From NCBI RefSeq assembly GCF_000737315.1, contig NZ_JMCB01000023.1, forward strand, positions 124,001 to 188,000: a stretch of 64,000 nucleotides of DNA, in the 5' to 3' direction. Position numbers and translations under genes: made by a program. This document shows positions 18,890-28,863 of this stretch, piece by piece (positions within the stretch are counted from its first letter, which is position 1; each line of letters opens with the position of its first letter). The notes under the pieces were generated by a model. That model was not told where the DNA came from, ran no database searches, and saw only the letters and a program-made list of their open reading frames with translations. The DNA comes from Hyalangium minutum (GTDB lineage Bacteria > Myxococcota > Myxococcia > Myxococcales > Myxococcaceae).

Positions 18890-20746
18890 TCAGTCGCCGC
18901 CCTTGCCCTCGTACAGCTTGTCGAGCGTGGCCGCGTACTTCTGGCTGCAGAACTTCCGCTTCACCTTCAGCGTCGGCGTCAGCTCGCCGCTCTCCTGGGT
19001 GAAGTCCGCGGGCATGATCTCGAACTTCTTGAGGCTGCTGTAGGGCGGCTGCTCCTCGTTCACCTTGGCGATGATCTCCTGGACGGCGGCGCGGATCTCC
19101 GGGCGCTTGCCCAGCTCCGCGTATGAGCCCACCTGGACGCCCTTGTCGGACAGGAGCTTCTTGGCCGCGTCCTCCGTCACCGTAATCAGCACCACCAGGT
19201 ACGGCCGCTTGTCGCCGTAGACCATGGCCTGGCTGATGAGCGGGAACGTCTTGAGGGTGTTCTCGATGTTCTGCGGCGCCACGTTCTTGCCGCCCGCGGT
19301 GACGATGATGTCCTTCTTGCGGTCGGTGATGCGCAGGCAGCCATCCGCGTCCAGCTCGCCGATGTCGCCCGTGTGGAACCAGCCGTCCTGCTCCAGCACC
19401 TCGGCGGTGGCGGTGGGGTTCTTGTAGTAGCCCTTCATCACGCAGGGGCCGCGCACCAGGATCTCCCCGTCCGAGGCGATCTTGATCTCGGTGCCGGGCA
19501 GCGCCGGACCCACTGTGCCGATCTTGATCTTCTCCGGCCGGTTGCAGTTGCAGGGCGCCGAGGTCTCCGTCAGGCCGTAGCCCTCCAGCACCTTGAAGCC
19601 GAGCAGATCGAAGAAGTAGGCGATCTTCTTGGACAGCGGCGCGCCGCCCGAGACGAACAGGCGCATGTTGCCGCCCAGCTTCTCGTCCAGCGTGGCGCGC
19701 ACCTTCTTGAACACCAGCGCCTGCGCCAGGGTGAAGCCGAGCGAGCTGTACTCGCGGCCCTGCATCTTCGCCTCGACGTACTCGTCGAAGAGCTTGAAGG
19801 CCCAGCGGAACAGCTTGCCCTTGAGGCCCGGGGCCGCCGAGCCGTTGGACACCACGTTGTTGTAGACCTTCTCGAAGACGCGCGGCACCGCCGGCAGCAC
19901 CGAGGGCTTGGCCTCGGCGAGGTTGGGCAGCAGCTTGTCCACGGACTCGGCGAACTGGAGCTTGAAGCCCATGCCCAGCCACGCTGCCTTCACCACCTGC
20001 GCGAACGAGTGCGCCAGCGGCAGGAACAGCATCACCCCATCCTTCGGATCCATCAGGCCGACGGAGCGGCACGACTCCGCCTGGTACGCCCAGTTGCCGT
20101 GCGTGAGGATCACGCCCTTGGGATCGCCCGTGGTGCCCGAGGTGTAGATGAAGCCCCAGGTGTCATCCGGCTTCACCGCGTGGGCCCGGTCCGCGAACGC
20201 ATTCGGCGGGGCCTGCCGGCCCTTGGCCAGCAGGTCCGCCAGCGACATCTCCTTGTCGCCGGAGACGGGGCCTTCGAAGACCACCAGCTGCTTCACGCTG
20301 GGACAGTCCGCCAGCCGCTGCCGCACGCGGGTAAGGCGGCCAGCCTGCTTGGCGTCCTTCTCGTCGTTGTCGACGAAGAGCAGCGAGGCCTCGGAGTGGT
20401 TGAGGATGTAGCGGACCTCATCCGGCGTATTCGAGTTGTAGATGGGCACCGTGATGGCGTGCGCGGCGGAGATCGCCATGTCGCACACCACCCAGTTCAG
20501 CGTGGTGTTGGCGAAGATGGCCACGCGATCGCCCGGCTGGATGCCCTGAGCCACCAGCGCGTTGGAGAGCGTCTTCACCTGCTCGAGCACCTGGCTCCAC
20601 GAGACGTCCACCCACTTGCCCTCCTGCTTGTACGTAACAGCAGCCTTCGAGGGGCCCTGCTCAGCCTGGTGCATCAACAGCTCGATCAGGTTCTTGGTCC
20701 CCGCCGCGGCGGGGGCAGGCACTGGCATCTGACTCTCCGCTCTCAT
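18890..20746 (-). CDS. fadD: Long-chain fatty-acid--CoA ligase
   Basis: IYTSGTTGDPKGV, FLPLAHSF, EGYGLTET, FHTGDIG, ITDRKKD. Confidence 0.92.
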   Translation of the reverse strand: MRAESQMPVPAPAAAGTKNLIELLMHQAEQGPSKAAVTYKQEGKWVDVSWSQVLEQVKTLSNALVAQGIQPGDRVAIFANTTLNWVVCDMAISAAHAITVPIYNSNTPDEVRYILNHSEASLLFVDNDEKDAKQAGRLTRVRQRLADCPSVKQLVVFEGPVSGDKEMSLADLLAKGRQAPPNAFADRAHAVKPDDTWGFIYTSGTTGDPKGVILTHGNWAYQAESCRSVGLMDPKDGVMLFLPLAHSFAQVVKAAWLGMGFKLQFAESVDKLLPNLAEAKPSVLPAVPRVFEKVYNNVVSNGSAAPGLKGKLFRWAFKLFDEYVEAKMQGREYSSLGFTLAQALVFKKVRATLDEKLGGNMRLFVSGGAPLSKKIAYFFDLLGFKVLEGYGLTETSAPCNCNRPEKIKIGTVGPALPGTEIKIASDGEILVRGPCVMKGYYKNPTATAEVLEQDGWFHTGDIGELDADGCLRITDRKKDIIVTAGGKNVAPQNIENTLKTFPLISQAMVYGDKRPYLVVLITVTEDAAKKLLSDKGVQVGSYAELGKRPEIRAAVQEIIAKVNEEQPPYSSLKKFEIMPADFTQESGELTPTLKVKRKFCSQKYAATLDKLYEGKGGD

Positions 20747-20895
20747 TCCAGATCCTCCGAGATCTTCGCTTGGGCCCACGACTGCCTCCGCCGGCCCCCT
20801 GGCGGGCAAAGGGCGAGCAAAATCAGGCGCATGGGGCGGCGGTGTTAACACGCGCACTCGCCGGGCAGCAACCCGACCTGACATGTAGGGCCGCT

Positions 20896-20939
20896 AAAAC
20901 GAAAGGGCGGCCCCCCGGCATCTGCCCGGGGAACCGCCC
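20896..20939 (-). terminator. Intrinsic terminator after sigma factor gene
   Basis: GGGCGG/CCGCCC stem with inner CCCCGG/CCGGGG, followed on the minus strand by TTTCGTTTT. Confidence 0.7.
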
Positions 20940-20978
20940 TGAAGAAGGAACAACCTCGGAAGAGAGGGTCAACCGGAA

Positions 20979-21722
20979 CTAGGCAGCGTCCGCTGCCAGC
21001 TCATCCAGCTCCTCGTCCTGGTTGAAGGCCGAGAGGTAGCGCTCGAGGAAGCTCTTCGTCTTCAGCTCCACCTGACGCACGCGCTCACGCGACACGCCCC
21101 AGCGCTGGCCCAGCTCCTCCAGCGTCAACGGCTTGTCCTGGGTGAGCCGCTCCTGGAGGATGTCCCACCCCAGGTCGCCAATGCGCTTGCGCACCTTGGC
21201 CAGCGCCTCCTGCACCTCCGAGTTCTGCTCGTGGGACAGGAAGACGTCCTGCGGAGACGGCCCCGAGTCCTCCAGCCGGTCCAGGAACGTCGTCTCGCCC
21301 TCCTCGTCGATCGAGGCGTCCAGCGAGAAGTCCACCATGCTGCCCCGCTCGGACTCACCTCCGCGTACCTGGCTGCGGTTATCCTTCAGGTAGCGGGTGA
21401 TGTAGGCGCGAATCCACCACACCGCGTAGGTGGCGAAGCGGACGTTCTTCTTGGGGTCAAAGTGCTCGATCGCCTTCATCAAACCGACATTGCCCTCCTG
21501 GATGAGGTCATCCAGCCGAGAGCCACGGTTGGCGAACTTCTTGGCGACCGCCACCACGAACGCGAGGTTCGAGGTCGCCAGGGTCTGCCGGGCAGACTCG
21601 TCACCCTTGCGAGCCCGTCTCGCAAGGTCGTACTCCTGCTCACGCGTCAGTTGCTGGTGCCCGCCCAGGTGACGCAGATAGTGCGACAGGCCCTCTGCCG
21701 CGTACTTCGTCGCGTTGGCCAT
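20979..21722 (-). CDS. Sigma-70 family sigma factor (RpoH-like, short region 3)
   Basis: LDDLIQEGNVGLMKAIEHFDP..RFATYAVWWIRA; LTLEELGQRWGVSRERVRQVE. Confidence 0.92.
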   Translation of the reverse strand: MANATKYAAEGLSHYLRHLGGHQQLTREQEYDLARRARKGDESARQTLATSNLAFVVAVAKKFANRGSRLDDLIQEGNVGLMKAIEHFDPKKNVRFATYAVWWIRAYITRYLKDNRSQVRGGESERGSMVDFSLDASIDEEGETTFLDRLEDSGPSPQDVFLSHEQNSEVQEALAKVRKRIGDLGWDILQERLTQDKPLTLEELGQRWGVSRERVRQVELKTKSFLERYLSAFNQDEELDELAADAA

Positions 21723-21920
21723 GATTCCCAACCTCCGTTCCGAGATGGTCCCGGCTCTCCACGCTCTCGGCCGGGCCCGACTTGCTTCCTTGCGTTTAAG
21801 ACGCGCAACGGGCGAAAGGGTTTCTCATTCCAAGACGGGGAATTTTTCGTCCGCCTGGAGATGTGACAGGGAAGTCACGGAACAGGCCGTCAGAGCCGTC
21901 CGAGAGCGCCTGCTGCGTTC

Positions 21921-23351
21921 CTAGAAACGCTTGGGATCGGGAAACATTTTCTCGGGGTTGAGCAGGCCTGATGGGTCGAAGAAGGCCTTCAAGCGGCGCT
22001 GGAGCGCGAGCACTTCGGGGGGTTGCTCGAGGGCCAAATAGTCCCGCTTGGCGTGTCCTACCCCATGCTCGCCGGTGATCGTGCCACCCATCTGCACCGT
22101 CATTTCGAGCATGCGTCGGATAGCCGTCTCTACGAGTGGGCGCTGGTGAGGCCCTTCGTAGAGGATGTTGGCGTGGAGGTTGCCGTCCCCGGCGTGCCCG
22201 TAGGTGGCCACCATGAGGCCCAGCTCGGTCCCCATGGCCTTGAGCTTCTCGATGATGTCCGGGATACGGGAGCGCGGGACGACGATGTCCTCGGAGATCT
22301 TGTGGGGCTTCAGGGCTCTCAGGGCGGTGGAGACGCCGCGCCGGGCGGCCCAGAGCTTCTCTCGCTGCTCCTCGTTCTGGGCGACGAGCGTCTGAGTGGC
22401 CCCCTGGCGCTCGCAGATCTCTCCCGCTCGGGCCAGTTCGGCGAGCAGGCCCTCCTCCACGCTGCCGTCCACCTCGATGATAACGGCCGAGCCGGACCCG
22501 GGCGGGAAGTGGAAGCCCCGGCCGTCCACGGCCTTCAGCGCCACGTCGTCGATGAGCTCCAGGGTGCGCGGTAGCACGCCCGAGGCGAGCACCGCTGTCA
22601 CCGCGCGCGCCGCCGCGAGCACCGAGTCGAAGATGACCAGCGCCGTCATCACGTGCCGGGGCTTGGGGATGAGCTGGAGGGTGATCTCCGTGGCCACCCC
22701 GAGCGTGCCCTCGGAGCCGACGAAGAGCCCCACGAGATCGTATCCCGCGACGCCTTTGATGGTGCGCCGGCCCACTCGGATGATCTCTCCGCTGGGCAGC
22801 ACCCACTCCAGGCCGATGACATAGTCCTTCGTGACGCCGTACTTGAGCGCCCGGGGACCGCCCGCGTTCTCCGCGATGTTGCCGCCCATCGTGCAGAACT
22901 GCCACGAGTTGGGATCCGGCGGATAGAAGAGGCCCCCCTCCTCCACCGCCTTCATGAGATCGCCGGTGATGACGCCGGGCTCCACCACCGCCGTGAGATC
23001 CTCCACGGAGATGGAGCGGATGCGGTTCATGCGCTCCAGGCTCACCGCCACCCCCCCCATCAACGCCAGCGAGCCACCGCTCTTGCCACTGCGCGCGCCG
23101 CACGGGGTGAACGGCACGCCCAGCGCCTGGCACGTCTTGAAGACGGCGGAGACCTGCTCGGCGCTCTCGGGGAAGACGATGATGTCCGGTGGGTAGATGC
23201 CGCTGTCGGACTCGTCCTTCGAGTACTCCGTCCGGGTGTCCTCGTCGCGGCGGACTTGGCCTGGAGAGAGCACCTCCTGAAGTGCCGTCCACGCGCGCTC
23301 GAGCAGCTCGGGTGCCACGCGCGGGAACGTCTTCTCGAACGGCATCGTCAT
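21921..23351 (-). CDS. FAD-linked oxidase, GlcD / D-2-hydroxyacid dehydrogenase family
   Basis: YPPDPNS..CTMGGNIAENAGG, GSEGTLG, HAGDGNLH, ITGEHGVG, LNPEK. Confidence 0.92.
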   Translation of the reverse strand: MTMPFEKTFPRVAPELLERAWTALQEVLSPGQVRRDEDTRTEYSKDESDSGIYPPDIIVFPESAEQVSAVFKTCQALGVPFTPCGARSGKSGGSLALMGGVAVSLERMNRIRSISVEDLTAVVEPGVITGDLMKAVEEGGLFYPPDPNSWQFCTMGGNIAENAGGPRALKYGVTKDYVIGLEWVLPSGEIIRVGRRTIKGVAGYDLVGLFVGSEGTLGVATEITLQLIPKPRHVMTALVIFDSVLAAARAVTAVLASGVLPRTLELIDDVALKAVDGRGFHFPPGSGSAVIIEVDGSVEEGLLAELARAGEICERQGATQTLVAQNEEQREKLWAARRGVSTALRALKPHKISEDIVVPRSRIPDIIEKLKAMGTELGLMVATYGHAGDGNLHANILYEGPHQRPLVETAIRRMLEMTVQMGGTITGEHGVGHAKRDYLALEQPPEVLALQRRLKAFFDPSGLLNPEKMFPDPKRF

Positions 23352-23974
23352 CTCGGCATCCCCAGCCGGGCCCACAGCTCGCGGCGCAGGGCGCCGTCCT
23401 TGCGCAGGCGGCCCTCGTAGGCCTCCGAGTGCGTGATGGCATCGCGCTGCTGATCCCCCCGGAGGCGCAGGCAGGACTGCTTCGCCTCGATGATGCAAGC
23501 GGTGGCGGGGCTGCCCAGCACCCGGGCCAGTGAGCTGGCCACCTGCCGGGCAAGCTCCTCCTGGAGAATGAGCCGGTGCGCGAAGCAGTCCACCAGCGCC
23601 GCCATCCGCCCGAAGCCCACCACCCGCTTGCCGGGCACGTAGGCCACGTGCGCGCGGCCCTCGAACGGCAGCAGGTGGTGCGGGCACATGGAGTGGAACC
23701 GCAGGTCCGTCACCACCACCAGTTCCCCCGCCGAGTGCGGAGGCGCGGGGTACGTCTTCCCGAGCACCTCCTCGGGGGTGCGCTGGTAGCCGTCGAGGAA
23801 CTCGCTCATCCAGGCCTGCGTCACCCGATCTGGCGTGTTCACCAGGTTCTCATCCGTGAGCGGCAGTCCCGCGGCGCGCAGGAAGTCCCTCACCGCGTTG
23901 GCCATGGCGGCCGCGTCCGGCACAGAGGGCTGGACGTCTCGGGGCGGGCGCTGGGGGGCTCGGCGGTTTCCCAC
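23348..23974 (-). CDS. folE: GTP cyclohydrolase I family protein (divergent active site)
   Basis: TPDRV, SMCPHHLLPF.G.AHVAYVP, LQE, SC..LRG; AAGGAG RBS before GTG. Confidence 0.8.
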   Translation of the reverse strand: MGNRRAPQRPPRDVQPSVPDAAAMANAVRDFLRAAGLPLTDENLVNTPDRVTQAWMSEFLDGYQRTPEEVLGKTYPAPPHSAGELVVVTDLRFHSMCPHHLLPFEGRAHVAYVPGKRVVGFGRMAALVDCFAHRLILQEELARQVASSLARVLGSPATACIIEAKQSCLRLRGDQQRDAITHSEAYEGRLRKDGALRRELWARLGMPR

Positions 23975-23999
23975 GGGCGGTGCTCCTTGCAGTGACAGT

Positions 24000-24344
24000 T
24001 CAGGGGGCCGACACCCTACCCGAGAAAGGGGCGACCTGAATCTCCTCACCTACCACCCGGACAGGATAGGTCCGGATCCGCGCCCCTCGGATGATCGGGC
24101 ACAGGCCCGAGCGCACATCGAACGGCCAGGCGTGCAACGGGCAGTGAAGAACGTAACCCTCCAGGTCGCCCTCCGAGAGCGGCCCTCCACGATGCGGACA
24201 GGTGTCCTGCACCGCGAACACCTCGCCCTCGATGCGCACGAGCGCCACCCGCTCCCCCTCGACGGTGACCACCGCGCGCCCACGCGGATCCAGATCCGAC
24301 AGGCGGGCCACTGGAATGAACTGACTCGGAGGCTGTCTCTCCAT
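24000..24344 (-). CDS. Rieske [2Fe-2S] ferredoxin
   Basis: CPHRGGPL...CPLH. Confidence 0.92.
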   Translation of the reverse strand: MERQPPSQFIPVARLSDLDPRGRAVVTVEGERVALVRIEGEVFAVQDTCPHRGGPLSEGDLEGYVLHCPLHAWPFDVRSGLCPIIRGARIRTYPVRVVGEEIQVAPFSGRVSAP

Positions 24345-24370
24345 ACAATGGACCTCGCCATACGGTCGCC

Positions 24371-24400
24371 TTGACACTTCCAGGCGCCCGCCAGTAGAGC
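24371..24400 (+). promoter_or_regulatory. Putative sigma70 promoter for leader/metal-uptake operon
   Basis: TTGACA (24371) - N18 - TAGAGC (24395), 21 bp before the leader ATG. Confidence 0.5.
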
Positions 24401-24421
24401 AGTCAGGCTGCCTTTTCTCCG

Positions 24422-24844
24422 ATGACCGACCGCCTCTCCACCCTCCAAAGCTACACCACGGCGCTGCTCGTCGCGCTGTGGGCTTTGCACCCGGTGGTCA
24501 CGGTCCTCCACGCCCAAGAGCACGCGCACCGCTACTGCCCGGAGCATCAGACCTTCGAGGAGACAGTGCGCGGCTCGGGACAGTGGCAGTCCCGGCACAC
24601 CCAGAGTGCTCCGGTGCTCACGGCCCTTCGCGGGGACACCGGGCGGGACTCGCTGCGCTCCACCCACGAGGCCTGCCCGCTGCAGACGGCCGGCACCCGG
24701 GGGGAGATGCACGTCGCGGAGATCGTGTGCGAAGTGGCCGAGTGCCTCGGCACGAGCCTGTGCGCCACAGCGCCGCCGGGCTCGCGGTGCTCCGTCCCCA
24801 TCCTCGCCACTGCTCCCAAGTCATCGCCCCCGGCGCGCGCTTAG
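24422..24844 (+). CDS. His/Cys-rich membrane-anchored leader ORF (DUF2946-like architecture) ending APKSSPP
   Basis: N-terminal TM helix, HxxEHxHxxCxEH, HEAC, C-terminal APKSSPP; paralog at 34569-35009. Confidence 0.75.
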   Translation: MTDRLSTLQSYTTALLVALWALHPVVTVLHAQEHAHRYCPEHQTFEETVRGSGQWQSRHTQSAPVLTALRGDTGRDSLRSTHEACPLQTAGTRGEMHVAEIVCEVAECLGTSLCATAPPGSRCSVPILATAPKSSPPARA

Positions 24845-24869
24845 CGTCCCGAAGCGGTAGCTGTGGGTC

Positions 24870-24890
24870 GACGTCCGTCCACCGGACGTC
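24870..24890 (+). promoter_or_regulatory. Hairpin between leader ORF and RBS of OM protein
   Basis: GACGTCCG-TCCAC-CGGACGTC perfect 8-bp stem, 8 nt before GAGGAG. Confidence 0.55.
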
Positions 24891-24912
24891 TGGTTCCTGA
24901 GGAGTTCCAAGC

Positions 24913-26256
<1,344 letters not shown>

Positions 26257-26280
26257 ACCGTTTCCTTGGGAGACCCTCTG

Positions 26281-27198
26281 ATGAACTCCATCCGTCGTCT
26301 GGCGGTCCTCTGCACCGCCCTCTGCAGTCTCTTCGCTCTGCCCGCTCGCGCGGACCTCAATGTCGTCACCACCGTGTCGGATCTGGCCGCCATCTCCAAG
26401 GCCATCGCCGGTGACAAGGGCACGGTCACCGCCCTCTCGCTGCCCTCGCAGGATCCCCACTTCGTCGATGCCAAGCCCAACCTCGCCCTGGCGCTCAACA
26501 AGGCGGATCTGCTCATTGCCATCGGGCTGGATCTCGAGATCGGCTGGCTGCCCACGCTCCAGCTCGGCGCGCGCAACTCCAAGATCCAGACCGGCAATCC
26601 CGGCTACCTGGATGCCTCCCAGTTCGTGAAGGTGCTCGAGGCCCCCGCCGTCAAGGTGGACCGCAGCCAGGGCGATGTGCACCCGGGCGGCAACCCCCAC
26701 TACCTCCATGATCCGCGCATGGCTGTGGCCGTGGCGCGCGGCATCCAGGAGCGCATGGCGCAACTCGATCCGAAGAACGCCGCCACCTACAAGGCGAACA
26801 CGGACAAGTTCGTCGCCGACGTCGAGGCCGCGCGGGCGGGTTGGGAGAAGCGCCTGGCCGCGGCAAAGGGCGTGCCCGTCATCTCGTACCACAAGACGAC
26901 GGCGTACCTGGCCGACTGGCTCGGGTTCCAGACCATCGAATACCTCGAGCCCAAGCCGGGCATCCCGCCCACCCCCTCGCATGTGGCGAAGGTGCTCGGG
27001 CTGGGCCGGCAGCAGAAGGTGAAGCTCGTGGTCCAGGAGGAGTACTACCCGGACTCCACCTCCAAGCTCGTGGCCTCCAAGATCCCCGCCGGGATCGTCA
27101 TCTTCCCCAGCGGCGCGAAGTTCAACGAGGGTGAGACGTACCTGCAGCGCATGGAGCGGCTGACGGAGCGGCTCGAGAAGGGCCTCGGGGCCAAGTGA
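26281..27198 (+). CDS. Zn/Mn ABC transporter substrate-binding protein (cluster A-I)
   Basis: QDPHFV, DVHPGGNPHY, SYHKT, EPKPGIPPTPSH. Confidence 0.92.
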   Translation: MNSIRRLAVLCTALCSLFALPARADLNVVTTVSDLAAISKAIAGDKGTVTALSLPSQDPHFVDAKPNLALALNKADLLIAIGLDLEIGWLPTLQLGARNSKIQTGNPGYLDASQFVKVLEAPAVKVDRSQGDVHPGGNPHYLHDPRMAVAVARGIQERMAQLDPKNAATYKANTDKFVADVEAARAGWEKRLAAAKGVPVISYHKTTAYLADWLGFQTIEYLEPKPGIPPTPSHVAKVLGLGRQQKVKLVVQEEYYPDSTSKLVASKIPAGIVIFPSGAKFNEGETYLQRMERLTERLEKGLGAK

Positions 27199-27200
27199 GG

Positions 27201-28046
27201 ATGAGCATGCGCGTCCGTCTCCTGTTCCCGCTGCTGCTCGCCACGGGCTGCGCCTTCGATGCGGGCGAGGGCTTCGCCGTGCTCGAGCCCACCGTGAGGG
27301 CCGCGTACACCTCCCCTGCCGCCCGCGAGGTGGGGGATGGCTACCAGCGCCTCAGCTCCGACTTCCAGGTGCGGCTGACCACCGCCCGGGTGCGGCTGGA
27401 GAAGATCGACCTGCTCGGCAGCTCGGGCGGAGGCGGCCCCACGGCCTTCGATCCCGCCAACCCGCCCCCGGGCTACAGCATCTGCCACAACGGGCACTGC
27501 GACCGGGACGACGGCGCGCAAGTGTCTTATGAGGACGTCGCCGCCGAGCTGGCCGGTGGAGGCGCCACGGCGACCACGGTTGCCACCCTCCCCGTGGGCG
27601 AGTTGGACCTGCTGGCTCCGGAGACTCGCACGCTGGAGTGCCAGCCCGACTGCGAGCTGCCACAGACGACCGTCTCCAACGCCCGCTGGACGCTGACGTC
27701 CGTGCGGCTCGAGGGCAACGTGCGCGACTCGCGCGCCACGCCCCGGTTCCCCGGTGAGCGCCCCTTCCGGTTCGAACTCACCTCCTCCGGTACCCAGGCC
27801 GAACCGGCCGCGGTCATTACGGGGGCGCTCGATGTGCCCTCGGATCGCGAGCATGCGCCGCGCGTCCGGCTGGACCTGACGCTGGAGCTCACCCCCGTCA
27901 GCTTCGATCCCATCGACTGGGCCGCGGCCGAGCCCGGATTAGACGGGGTCGTGGACCTCAACTCCAACACCACCACCCGAGCCCAGATCCTCAAGACGAT
28001 CTCCGAGCTGGCCCCCAAGGCCGAGGTGCAGCGTGAAGACCGATGA
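27201..28046 (+). CDS. Putative metal-binding lipoprotein
   Basis: Lipobox LATGC; CHNGHC motif; inside the ABC operon. Confidence 0.75.
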   Translation: MSMRVRLLFPLLLATGCAFDAGEGFAVLEPTVRAAYTSPAAREVGDGYQRLSSDFQVRLTTARVRLEKIDLLGSSGGGGPTAFDPANPPPGYSICHNGHCDRDDGAQVSYEDVAAELAGGGATATTVATLPVGELDLLAPETRTLECQPDCELPQTTVSNARWTLTSVRLEGNVRDSRATPRFPGERPFRFELTSSGTQAEPAAVITGALDVPSDREHAPRVRLDLTLELTPVSFDPIDWAAAEPGLDGVVDLNSNTTTRAQILKTISELAPKAEVQREDR

Positions 28047-28863
28047 TCCTCCCAAGCCGGGTGAAGCCCCCCCGGCCGCCGCTCCCGCGCAGAAGGGCGA
28101 TCTGCTCATCTCCTGCGAGGACCTCGCCGTGGGCTACGGCGAGACGCCCATCCTGCCCGCCTTCAACCTGAAGATTCACAAGGGAAGCTTCATCTCCGTC
28201 GTAGGCCGCAACGGCTCGGGCAAGAGCACCTGGTTCAAGACGCTGCTGGGGATGATCCCGCCGGTGTCCGGCCGGGTCATCCGCCACCGCCCGGACCTGA
28301 AGTGGTCCTATGTGCCGCAGACGATCGGCATCGACGCCGTGCTGCCCATGCGCCCCAACGAGATGGTGATCTGGGGACGTCTGCGGGGCTGGAACTTCCT
28401 GCGGCCCTTCTCCACCGGGGAGGAGAGAAAGATCGCCGAGGCGGCCATCGACACGGCGGGCGCGCGCTCCTTCGCCCAGCGCCCCTACCGCGAGCTGTCC
28501 GAGGGCCAGAAGCAGCGCGCCCTGCTGGCGCGGGTCATCGCCAGCGAGGCGGAGTTCGTCCTGCTGGACGAGCCCACCGCCGCCATGGACGCTGTTGCCG
28601 AGCAGCAGACCATGGAGCGGCTCGTGCGGCTGGCGCGCGAGCAGAACATGGCCGTGGTGGTGGTGAGCCACGATCTGAGCCTGGCCGCCAGGCACGCCGA
28701 CGTCATGGTGTTCCTGGACCGCGAGACGCCCTCCATCATCGTGGGAGACAGCCAGACCGTCTTCTGCTCCCCCGCCTTCCGTCACCAATACGGCGACGAG
28801 TACTGCGCTCAAGCCAAGTCAGGAGCCCCCCCTGGATCCCACCATGGACACAGCCATCACTGA
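28033..28863 (+). CDS. Metal ABC transporter ATP-binding protein (ZnuC-like)
   Basis: GRNGSGKS, LSEGQKQR, LLDEP, VSHD; His-rich tail HHGHSHH. Confidence 0.93.
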   Translation: MKTDDPPKPGEAPPAAAPAQKGDLLISCEDLAVGYGETPILPAFNLKIHKGSFISVVGRNGSGKSTWFKTLLGMIPPVSGRVIRHRPDLKWSYVPQTIGIDAVLPMRPNEMVIWGRLRGWNFLRPFSTGEERKIAEAAIDTAGARSFAQRPYRELSEGQKQRALLARVIASEAEFVLLDEPTAAMDAVAEQQTMERLVRLAREQNMAVVVVSHDLSLAARHADVMVFLDRETPSIIVGDSQTVFCSPAFRHQYGDEYCAQAKSGAPPGSHHGHSHH

